This document shows, one piece after another, positions 18,117 to 25,935 of a stretch of DNA of 52,812 nucleotides. This stretch comes from a bacterium. GTDB taxonomy: Bacteria > Myxococcota_A > Bradymonadia > UBA7976 > UBA1532. A program made the translations under genes and the position numbers. Every line of letters begins with the position of its first letter. Positions within the stretch are counted from its first letter, which is position 1. The DNA is taken from NCBI GenBank assembly GCA_030426945.1, contig JAUHXL010000002.1:1-52812 (forward strand), read 5' to 3'. Under the pieces are notes generated by a model. The model was not told the DNA's origin and did not search any database. It saw only the letters and a program-made list of their open reading frames with translations.

Positions 18117-19903
18117 GCCGACCGCCAACCACCCAGCTTCAGTGGATCCTCGGTGCGCTCCTCGCCGCCCTCGCCACCGGCCCCCTCGTGGCCACCGCGG
18201 CCGAGCCCACCGTCCTCCCGCGCCTCGAGCCCCCACGAACCGCGTCGACCGCCCCGCAGGACGCCGCCGTCGTCATCGGCATCGAGGACTACGTCTACCT
18301 GCCCAACGTCCCCTTCGCCCGCGCCGACGCCGAGGCCTTCCACCGCTTCCTCACCGACACCGTCGGCGTACCCCCCGAGCGGATCAAGAACCTCGCCGTG
18401 CAGCCGGCGACGCGCACCACCATGCTCAACGCCGTCCGCGGCGCCGCCCAGCGCGTGGGCCCCAACGGCACCCTGTGGATCTACTTCGTCGGCCACGGCG
18501 CCCCGGTGGTCGACGCGTCCGGCGATGCCGTCCCCTACCTGATCGGCCACGCCGCCACCAGCGACGCGCTGCAAGAGGCCTCGATCAGCCAGGCCGAGCT
18601 GCTCCAGGCCGCCCGCCCCGGCGAGTCGGCGCGGGGCACGGTCGTCCTGATCGACGCATGCTTCAGCGGCCTCTCGCGCCAGGGCACCCAGCTGACCACC
18701 GACCGCTTCGGCGGCGCCGTCACCCTGGGCGCCGCGCCGCGCACCGTGGTCTGGACCGCCGCGCAGGCCAACCAGAGCGCGGGCGTCTTCGCCGAGACGG
18801 GCCACGGACTCTTCACCTACTTCGCCGTCGGCGCGCTGATGGGCTGGGCGGCGGACGAAGCCGGTCAGGTCACCGTCGAAGGCGCCCAGCGCTACGTCGA
18901 GCGCGCGATGAAGGTGGCCGAAGGCGTGCGCTCCCGCCCCCAGGAGCCCCACTTCGGCACCCCGCCCGACACGGCCCAATGGCTGCTGGCCACGGTCGAC
19001 CCGAAGGCGGCCAAGCCCGACCTGCGCGCCCTCAACCGCCTGTCCACCAGCCTGCGCCTGGGCCTCGAGGCGCCCCCCGAGGTGAAGCCCGTCGAGCCCT
19101 TCGTCCCGATCCGCGTGGGCTACCAGGCTCAGGATCCCGCCGCCCTCCGGCTGCTCGAGACCGCGATCCGCGCCGATCGCGACGCGGGCGTCCCACCCGA
19201 GCAGAAGATCGGCGCCTGGCGCGCGGTCGCCGACCACCCGCGCACCAGCGCCGAGCATCGTCTGCAAGCGGACGGGCGCGCCGCCCGTTGGCGAGCCTTC
19301 ATCGAGGCCGAGCGAGCCCGCGACGAACAGATTCGCCAGATTCGCGCCCGCTACACCACCGACCGCGCGCACCTGACCCAGCTGCTCGCGCTGGGTGACG
19401 ATGTCGCCCCGGCCGAACAGAAGCGGTTGTGGCGCGAAGAGTTCGCGCGCGTCTGGACGCCCTGGCGCGAGCTGGTCGGCGACGATCCGCTGCTCGACTC
19501 CAGCCGCGCCCTGTCCAGCCTGGCCGCCACGCTCGCGGCCGGCACGGGCGTCCTGCTCTACGACGGCGAGGCGTCGCGAACGGGCGCGATGCTCGAGGTG
19601 CTCGGCGGCTATCGGTGGGGCGGCTGGTCGCTGCAGGCCGGGCCCGTGATCGGCGTCGAGCCGCCGCACCCGGTCATCGTCCGCGGCGTGGCCACCGGCC
19701 GATCCGGCTGGCTGGTCGGGCGCCTCGGCGTCCAGTCGATGGTCCACCCCGAGCAGACCGTCGGCGCCGTCGGCGGCGCCGGCGTGTTCGTGCCGATCAC
19801 CTCGACGCTGGCCGCCGTGCTCCTGGCCGAGTTGACCTGGTGGCCCCGCAGCAGCGCCGTCCTGCCCTTCGAGGGGCGCCTGGGCCTCGCCTACGGTTGG
19901 TGA
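18113..19903 (+). CDS. exported caspase-fold (peptidase C14) protein with a helical middle region and a hydrophobic/aromatic C-terminal domain ending YGW
   Basis: ATG 18113 overlaps the upstream stop (ATGA) and is in frame in ORF 17639..19903. There is a signal-like ILGALLAALATGPLVATAA. The caspase core is AAVVIGIEDYVYLPNVPFARADAEAF...GTLWIYFVGHGAP...VVLIDACFSG, with the His-Gly and Cys dyad present. Confidence 0.8.
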   Translation: MSRPPTTQLQWILGALLAALATGPLVATAAEPTVLPRLEPPRTASTAPQDAAVVIGIEDYVYLPNVPFARADAEAFHRFLTDTVGVPPERIKNLAVQPATRTTMLNAVRGAAQRVGPNGTLWIYFVGHGAPVVDASGDAVPYLIGHAATSDALQEASISQAELLQAARPGESARGTVVLIDACFSGLSRQGTQLTTDRFGGAVTLGAAPRTVVWTAAQANQSAGVFAETGHGLFTYFAVGALMGWAADEAGQVTVEGAQRYVERAMKVAEGVRSRPQEPHFGTPPDTAQWLLATVDPKAAKPDLRALNRLSTSLRLGLEAPPEVKPVEPFVPIRVGYQAQDPAALRLLETAIRADRDAGVPPEQKIGAWRAVADHPRTSAEHRLQADGRAARWRAFIEAERARDEQIRQIRARYTTDRAHLTQLLALGDDVAPAEQKRLWREEFARVWTPWRELVGDDPLLDSSRALSSLAATLAAGTGVLLYDGEASRTGAMLEVLGGYRWGGWSLQAGPVIGVEPPHPVIVRGVATGRSGWLVGRLGVQSMVHPEQTVGAVGGAGVFVPITSTLAAVLLAELTWWPRSSAVLPFEGRLGLAYGW

Positions 19904-19976
19904 GGCCGCCCGACGCTGGCGCACCGCCCTGCGAGGCGCTAGTCTTCGGCCACTCGAACGGGCCGTACTTGGGTTC

Positions 19977-21242
19977 ATGTCACGCTGGCCGCTCACCGCT
20001 GTCGCGGCGCTGCTCATCGCCACCCTTGCATCGCCCGCCGCCGCAGAGCCGCAGCCGGCCGCGACGTGCGCGTACACCCTGCCCAAGGGCGGCCAGCGTT
20101 GGCGCGTCGAGCGCGCCTGGGCCACCGGCCGCGACGAGGCCGACGCCCGGCAGAACGCGCGCGACAAGGCCCGCCAGCAGCTCGACCGCGACCTGCGCGG
20201 CGTCTACCCCGACGCCGACCGCGCCGCCATCGTGGGCAGCCTGCGCTACGTCGGCGCCGCCTACGACCCGACCACCCGCACGGCCTGCGTCACCGCGCTG
20301 GTCGAGAAGCCCGACCTGCCCGCGGCCGCCAAGGCGCCCTACGAGACCCTCCAGGCCGAGCTCGCCCGCCTGATCGACGCCCTGCCCCGCGTGACGCGCG
20401 CGCGCCGCCTGCGCCTGTTGCCGCCCCAGTGGAGCACCGGCCTCGGCGCCGGCGAGCTGGGCGAGCGCCTGCGCGTCCAGATCGAGGGCGCCCTGGGCGC
20501 CGCCGAGCGCGGCTACACCCTCGACCCGCGCGCCAAGCACACGCTGGGCTTCAACCTCGCGCCGTCGGGCACCGGCTGCGCCGTCACGCCCTACGTCCGC
20601 GACGCGCGCGGCCGCCGCAAGCCTCTGCCCGGCCTGACCGTGCCGCCCCAGGCCCTCGGCCTGCGCACCTGCGCCTCGGCCGCCCCCAGCGCCGCGCTCG
20701 GCGATCCCACGCTGGGCCTCGTCGACGGCGAGCGCGCCGGCGCCGACGGCCTGCGCGTGCAGCTCTGGACCTCGGCGGGCGATCGCCCGCTCTGCGGCGG
20801 CGAGCCCTACGACGTCTTCCTGCGCACCAACCGCCCCGCCCGCGTCCGCATCTACGCCGTCGCCAGCGACGGCCGCGTCGCGATGGGCTGGCCCGAGCAA
20901 GCCGTCGACGGCGAGCACCGGGTCACGCCCCCCGGCGCCAGCGTCCACCTGGGCCCCGACCTGGGCTACCGCCTGGTCGCCGTCGCGGTCCCCAAGGGCC
21001 TCGGCTTCGGCGACTTCCGCCCAGCCACCCCGGCCGACGCCCGCGACGGCTGCATGGGCCGGAAGGGCCTTCGCGCCGCCGACTTCCCCTCGGGAGCGGC
21101 CCTCGCCGCGCTGCCACAGACGGTCCGGTCGCCGGATGCGGCAAGCTGCCGCCCCGACACTGATGCCCGCGCGGTGCACGAGCGCTTGCTGGCCTTCTAC
21201 GATGCTCTGCCCACCTGTCGAACAGATGGAGGTCGGTGGTGA
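19977..21242 (+). CDS. secreted protein with a DUF4384-like C-terminal region
   Basis: The signal peptide is MSRWPLTAVAALLIATLASPAAAEP. The segment LRVQLWTSAGDRPLCGGEPYDVFLRTNRPARVRIYAVASDGRVAMGWP...GYRLVAVAVP matches my memory of the DUF4384 pattern and needs HMM confirmation. It is homologous by eye to 24634..25935(-). Confidence 0.55.
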   Translation: MSRWPLTAVAALLIATLASPAAAEPQPAATCAYTLPKGGQRWRVERAWATGRDEADARQNARDKARQQLDRDLRGVYPDADRAAIVGSLRYVGAAYDPTTRTACVTALVEKPDLPAAAKAPYETLQAELARLIDALPRVTRARRLRLLPPQWSTGLGAGELGERLRVQIEGALGAAERGYTLDPRAKHTLGFNLAPSGTGCAVTPYVRDARGRRKPLPGLTVPPQALGLRTCASAAPSAALGDPTLGLVDGERAGADGLRVQLWTSAGDRPLCGGEPYDVFLRTNRPARVRIYAVASDGRVAMGWPEQAVDGEHRVTPPGASVHLGPDLGYRLVAVAVPKGLGFGDFRPATPADARDGCMGRKGLRAADFPSGAALAALPQTVRSPDAASCRPDTDARAVHERLLAFYDALPTCRTDGGRW

Positions 21243-23278
21243 GACGACGCCCCGACGTGTTCTCCGCGCTCGCTCTGCTGGCTGCCATCTGGCCACTGTC
21301 CGCGCACGCTGAGCGCGCCGTTCTGCCGCCGCTCGACCCCCCGAAGACTGGCGCCGTTGCCCCTCATGACGCGGCTGTCGTGATCGGTATCGAGGACTAC
21401 GCCTACCTGCCCGACGTGCCCTTTGCTCAACGAGATGGCCGACTGGTCCACCGCTTCCTGACCGACACGGTCGGCGTGCCGGTCGAGCGCATCAGCAATC
21501 TGTTCGTTCGCCCCGCGACACGGGCCGCCATTCTGAAGGCCGTCCGCGAACGGTCGGCCGAGGTCGGTCCAGATGGCACGCTCTGGATCTACTTCTCGGG
21601 CCACGGTCTGCCCTGGAGTGATGGCGACACGACCGAAGCGCTGCTGGTCGGTCAGTCGGCCACCCAGGGCACGTTGCGTGACGACTCCGTATCCAAGGCC
21701 GAGCTGCTGAAGGCCGCCCAGGTCCCTGAGGGTAGTCGCGGCGTCGTCGTCTTGCTCGACGCCTGCTTCAGCGGCAAGGACCGCGCCGGCGCCAGCCTGT
21801 CCGGTGCCCGCTTCGGCGGCGCGGTGACCCTCGGCGTCACACCGAACACCGTTGTATGGACCGCCGCCCAGGGAAACCAGATCGCCGGCACGCTGCCCGA
21901 GGTGCAGCACGGCATTTTCACCTACTTCGCGGTTGGCGCGCTGTCGGGCTGGGCCCGCGAGACGGGCGGGTCCGGTGTTGTGCGGGTGGCCGACGCCCAG
22001 CGGTACGTGGACCGAGCGATGCGGGTCGCCGAGGCAGTCCGTGGCCAGCCCCAGCAACCGCACCTGGCCGCGCCCACGCCGACTCTCCAGTGGCGCCTGA
22101 CAGAACGGGCGGGTGATCCGCCGCGCCCCGATCTCGACGCCTATGGCCGAGGAGGCCGCACGTTCGTCGCAGTCGTGCCCGTCCCCCGTGTGGCCCCGGT
22201 CAAGCCGTTCAGCCTGCCGCCTGGTGGTTTCCGAGACGTCGATGTGCAGGCGCTGACCACGCTGCAAGAGGCCGTGCGAACCGAGCGAAGCGACAGCGCG
22301 ACGCCTGCCGAGCGCGCGAGCGCCTGGGACGCTGTCGCCCGCCACCAGGGGACCAGCGCGGCGCACCGACGCCAGGCCGAAGAACGCGCTCAGGCCTGGC
22401 GGGCCTTCGTCGCCGCCGAGCGCGCGCGCGCCCAACAGGAAGCCGAGGTCCGCGTTCGCTTCGCGGCCGACCGGGACAAGCTGAGGCACCTGCTCGCACT
22501 CGACGACGAGGTCGTGTCGGCTTCGATGAAGCAGCGCTGGCGCCAGGAATTCGTGACAGTGTGGACACCCTGGCGCCAAGTCGTGGGCGACGATCCCCTT
22601 TTCGTGGAGATCCCCGCTACGGCCCGCGAAGCATCAGGGCTGAGGGCGACCGACGCCTCCGCCCAGCAGGATACCCTCGAGCGCGACGAGGTGACCGACG
22701 TGCCCTCGACGGTCGAACAGCAGTCCGACGTCTCAGACTTCGAGGCGCAGAAGCACTGGCTCCAGCTGAGCGCTGCCGGCTACATCGGAGCGGTCGACCT
22801 CGGCCAGATCGATAACGGTGTCTTCACCTTCGACGGCACCCAACTCGAGCCACTGAACGCCATGGGCTTCGCGGTCAACGCAGCTTTCAGCGCGCGTTGG
22901 TTGCAGGCCGGCGTCGGCCTCCGCTTCGCAGCCGCCCGCCTGACCGACGCACAACTCGCGGGTTTCGAATCGATCTCGATCTACTCCACGACGCCCTACG
23001 CCTTCTTCGGACCTCAGTTCACCTGGGCCGAGTCCATCGCGCTCCGTCAGGCAACCGTGTTCGTGCAGGGTATGGTGGGGTCGGAGTTCCTTCAGGTGGC
23101 CGGTGACAGTTCCAACGACGGTGAGGACATCGATGTCTCTGCCGAAGCCCTCATGTGGGGCGGAACGGCGGGCTTTCGATATCACATCTCGCCAGCGTGG
23201 GGCATCTTCGCGGCGTACCGTTTCGAGCAGTCCGATCTCGCACAAACACACGGTGCAGCTGCAGGCTTGGTCTTCTAA
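21236..23278 (+). CDS. exported caspase-fold protein with the same helical middle region and a C-terminal putative outer-membrane beta-barrel domain
   Basis: GTG 21236 overlaps the upstream stop at 21240-21242. The signal peptide is FSALALLAAIWPLSAHA. The caspase core is AAVVIGIEDYAYLPDVPF...GTLWIYFSGHGLP...VVLLDACFSG. The last ~175 aa show an alternating hydrophobic pattern and end in AAGLVF, with a terminal Phe. Confidence 0.8.
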   Translation: MVRRRPDVFSALALLAAIWPLSAHAERAVLPPLDPPKTGAVAPHDAAVVIGIEDYAYLPDVPFAQRDGRLVHRFLTDTVGVPVERISNLFVRPATRAAILKAVRERSAEVGPDGTLWIYFSGHGLPWSDGDTTEALLVGQSATQGTLRDDSVSKAELLKAAQVPEGSRGVVVLLDACFSGKDRAGASLSGARFGGAVTLGVTPNTVVWTAAQGNQIAGTLPEVQHGIFTYFAVGALSGWARETGGSGVVRVADAQRYVDRAMRVAEAVRGQPQQPHLAAPTPTLQWRLTERAGDPPRPDLDAYGRGGRTFVAVVPVPRVAPVKPFSLPPGGFRDVDVQALTTLQEAVRTERSDSATPAERASAWDAVARHQGTSAAHRRQAEERAQAWRAFVAAERARAQQEAEVRVRFAADRDKLRHLLALDDEVVSASMKQRWRQEFVTVWTPWRQVVGDDPLFVEIPATAREASGLRATDASAQQDTLERDEVTDVPSTVEQQSDVSDFEAQKHWLQLSAAGYIGAVDLGQIDNGVFTFDGTQLEPLNAMGFAVNAAFSARWLQAGVGLRFAAARLTDAQLAGFESISIYSTTPYAFFGPQFTWAESIALRQATVFVQGMVGSEFLQVAGDSSNDGEDIDVSAEALMWGGTAGFRYHISPAWGIFAAYRFEQSDLAQTHGAAAGLVF

Positions 23279-23762
23279 GCTGCTCCACCTGCATCGCTCA
23301 CCGGGCGAATGATCGGTGCGCAAAGCCCAGCCGCCATCCCTTCCGAAGCCAGAGTGCCGTCGAGGCCGCGGCTGCGCCGTGTGGCAGCTGCGCCTTCGAA
23401 CCGCCATCCTGCGTCTTGGTCAGCTCGGTCGGCAACGGGCATGAGGTCGTGGTCGCGCGGGAAGGCGGCGCGGTTCTTCCTGGTGTCCGTGCTAAGGCGC
23501 CGTTTCCTGACGATGCGGTACCGCACGATGAACTGCAATTGTGGCTCTCGGTGAATTGTCTCCGCGCCTCGTCAAGCAGGGAGTCGCGGCCGACGCGGCA
23601 GGTCCGGTTAACCCGCCCTCATGCGACTCGGCGACGGCGGGGTTACCACCAGTGGGTAGGGGTGGCTGCTAATACGCCACGCTAGCCAGTACTTCGATCC
23701 GCGCCGCTTCGCACTTGGACTACGCTGGCCCTTGCGTCCGGTTGACCATGCTGCAACGAGCG

Positions 23763-24572
23763 TCACGGGGGCGTTCGGGCCACGCGGAAACCCAGGAATG
23801 CGCCGCGGAAGTCGGCCGAATTCCTGTTGCGGTCCGCCGCGCGCAAACTCTCGTCTGTGAAGAACCAGCTGCCGCCCCGAAACACCCGATACTCGGCGGA
23901 CTCGGTGCGCGCACTGCCGTCACTGGGCGCCTCCCCATACGGACCATGCCAGTCCGCGACCCATTCCCACACGTTTCCCGCCATGTCGCAGAGCCCATGC
24001 ACCGTGTTTCCGGCGGACCTCGAACACGCCCGCGCCGTGGACTCGGTTCCACAGCCCAGCCCGCCATCGTTCATCACAGCGCGACTGCAGTCCGCCTGCT
24101 CGTCGCCCCACGGGTACTCCCTTGCCTTACCACCGGACCGTGCCGCGTACTCCCATTCGGCCTCGCTCGGCAGCCGACCGCCCACCCAAGCAGCGAACGC
24201 CGACGCCTGTCCCCAGTCCACACAGTTGATGGGATGCTCGTCCCTGCCCGACTTGTTCCAGTTGCAGTACGTGCCAGTGGCTGGCACGGTGCAAGCTGCG
24301 GCTTCAACGCACGCCCGATACTGTACCACCGTCACTTCCGTCTTCGACAAGGCGAATGCAGGCACAGTCACGTTTCGAACCGGCAACTCGTCCGAGTCTC
24401 CCTTTGCGGACCCCATAGAGAACGAACCGCCCTCCAGCACGACCCACTCGACCCGGGCCTCGCCGCGCAGCAGCGGCCCCGAGCCCTCGTACACGCCCTC
24501 CAACTCGTTCGCGCACCCCGCCCCCAGCAGCAGAAGCCAGCCGAGCAGCCCCCACCCCAAGGCTCGACCCAT
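23763..24572 (-). CDS. lipoprotein consisting essentially of one FGE-sulfatase-fold domain
   Basis: ATG 24572 in ORF 23763..24659(-) gives MGRALGWGLLGWLLLLGAGC (lipobox). Motifs are GGSFSMGS, SKTEVTVVQYRAC, HPINCVDW, GRLPSEAEWEYAARSGG, GNVWEWVADWHGPYGEAP and LGFRVART. Confidence 0.85.
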   Translation of the reverse strand: MGRALGWGLLGWLLLLGAGCANELEGVYEGSGPLLRGEARVEWVVLEGGSFSMGSAKGDSDELPVRNVTVPAFALSKTEVTVVQYRACVEAAACTVPATGTYCNWNKSGRDEHPINCVDWGQASAFAAWVGGRLPSEAEWEYAARSGGKAREYPWGDEQADCSRAVMNDGGLGCGTESTARACSRSAGNTVHGLCDMAGNVWEWVADWHGPYGEAPSDGSARTESAEYRVFRGGSWFFTDESLRAADRNRNSADFRGAFLGFRVARTPP

Positions 24573-24633
24573 CGAACACACTCTCGACCCCCTCACCCGC
24601 CGGTAACTTCCGCCCCGGAAGACCGCCCAACCC

Positions 24634-25935
24634 CTACTCACACCCCACCACCCCCGCAATCATCCCCCCCACCTGCGCCCGACTCAACGCCCGCCCCGGC
24701 GCGCACGGCGGGCCGTCGTGCACGACGAACGCGCTCGTGCCCACCTGCGCGCCGGCGGGCCACTCGCCGCGGTCCAGGCGCGCGCGCTGGGTGGCGGACA
24801 GGCGGCACTGCCCCTTCGGCAGGCCGGCCAGCCAGCCGGCGGGCTTGCCGCGAGGGACGAAGACGGCGACCAAGCTCTCGGGCTCGCCGCCCGGCGGGGG
24901 CGCGATGTCCAGCGCAGGCGACGACAGATCCTGCGGACCGTAAGCCGTCTGCGGCGGCAAGGTCAGCGCGTGGTCGGCGAAGCGATCAAAGACGTACAGG
25001 GTGCCGGCGCCGGGCGCGCTGACCTTCAGCGTCGTGCGGTCGCCGTTGCACAGGCGGCCGTGGGGACCGGGGGCCAGCCGCATCGACAGCGCGCCGGCGG
25101 CCACGGTGGGCGCCGCGTGCTCGGAGGGGGCGGCGTCCTCGGGGATCAGCAGCGCGGGCGCCCACCGGGTCGAGCCCGCGCGGGTGGGGCGGGCCGAGTA
25201 CTGCACGTCGACCACCGGGCTGTTGTTCTCGCGCCGGTTCACGTAGGTGCCCTCGATCACCCACTCGACCCCGCTCGGCTTGTCCTCGCCCGGCTTCAAC
25301 GGCACGACCTCGGCGCCGGCGCGGCTGAGCGCGGCGGCGATCAGCTGGGCCAGCCAGACGCCGCGCTCGGCGCCTTGCAGGTGGCCGCGGCGCACGGCGC
25401 CGACGGCGACCCGGTGAGGCTTTCGGGGGGACGGCTTGCCGGCCGGCAGCAGGTCGCGGGCGCGTTCGTCGAGCTGCGCCGCCAGCCCCTCGGTGCTGGC
25501 CTTGGTGCGCCGCCAGCGGTCGAGCGCGGCCTCGCTGAGCACGACCTGCGCGCACACCTGGTCGCCGCCTTGGGCCACGGCGTTGGGGTACAGGCTGACG
25601 TTGGCCTCCAGCGCCGCGCAGCTTCGGGCGCCGTCGCACAGCGGGCCCAGCAGCTTGGCGCGGGCGGCGCGCTCGACGGCCGTCGCGGCGTCGGCGCCCC
25701 GGGGCAGCGTCGCGACGGCGCTCTTCCACGGCCCCCCGCAGGGCAGCGGGGCGCGCTCCGGGCACACCCAGGGCTTCGGGTTCGCGCAATCCTCCGCCGC
25801 GGCGGGCCACGGACCCAACACCGCAGCGCACGCCACGACGAGCGCGGGCCAACGGCCGCTCACCGCCCGGCGTCCACCGCCCGCGCGGCGTGCTCCAGCG
25901 TGTCGGTGGCCCAACGCGGCCGCGCCGCCCCTCAC
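24634..25935 (-). CDS. secreted protein with a DUF4384-like C-terminal region (paralog of 19977..21242)
   Basis: GTG 25935 overlaps the stop of the upstream lipoprotein gene (GTGA). An alternative GTG at 25863 would give MSGRWPALVVACAAVLGPWPAAA. The C-terminal segment LKVSAPGAGTLYVFDRFADHAL...ESLVAVFVP is DUF4384-like. Confidence 0.55.
   Translation of the reverse strand: MRGGAAALGHRHAGARRAGGGRRAVSGRWPALVVACAAVLGPWPAAAEDCANPKPWVCPERAPLPCGGPWKSAVATLPRGADAATAVERAARAKLLGPLCDGARSCAALEANVSLYPNAVAQGGDQVCAQVVLSEAALDRWRRTKASTEGLAAQLDERARDLLPAGKPSPRKPHRVAVGAVRRGHLQGAERGVWLAQLIAAALSRAGAEVVPLKPGEDKPSGVEWVIEGTYVNRRENNSPVVDVQYSARPTRAGSTRWAPALLIPEDAAPSEHAAPTVAAGALSMRLAPGPHGRLCNGDRTTLKVSAPGAGTLYVFDRFADHALTLPPQTAYGPQDLSSPALDIAPPPGGEPESLVAVFVPRGKPAGWLAGLPKGQCRLSATQRARLDRGEWPAGAQVGTSAFVVHDGPPCAPGRALSRAQVGGMIAGVVGCE

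Noticed and set aside
23440-23535. A minus-strand peptide ...RYRIVRKRRLSTDTRKNRAAF... faintly recalls the C-terminal FRRIATRYDK..F motif of IS5-family transposases, which would make it a possible IS relic.
   Set aside because: Only a handful of residues match, the alignment needs gaps, no DDE residues or terminal inverted repeats are visible, and the rest of the ORF looks like noise.
23279-23762. I looked for a tRNA or tmRNA gene or an attachment site at the gap, and at the block borders (16699-16835, 42217-42479).
   Set aside because: I found no GGTTCGAATCC-type T-arm, no cloverleaf-compatible segment and no flanking direct repeats. I therefore make no claim that the block is a mobile island.
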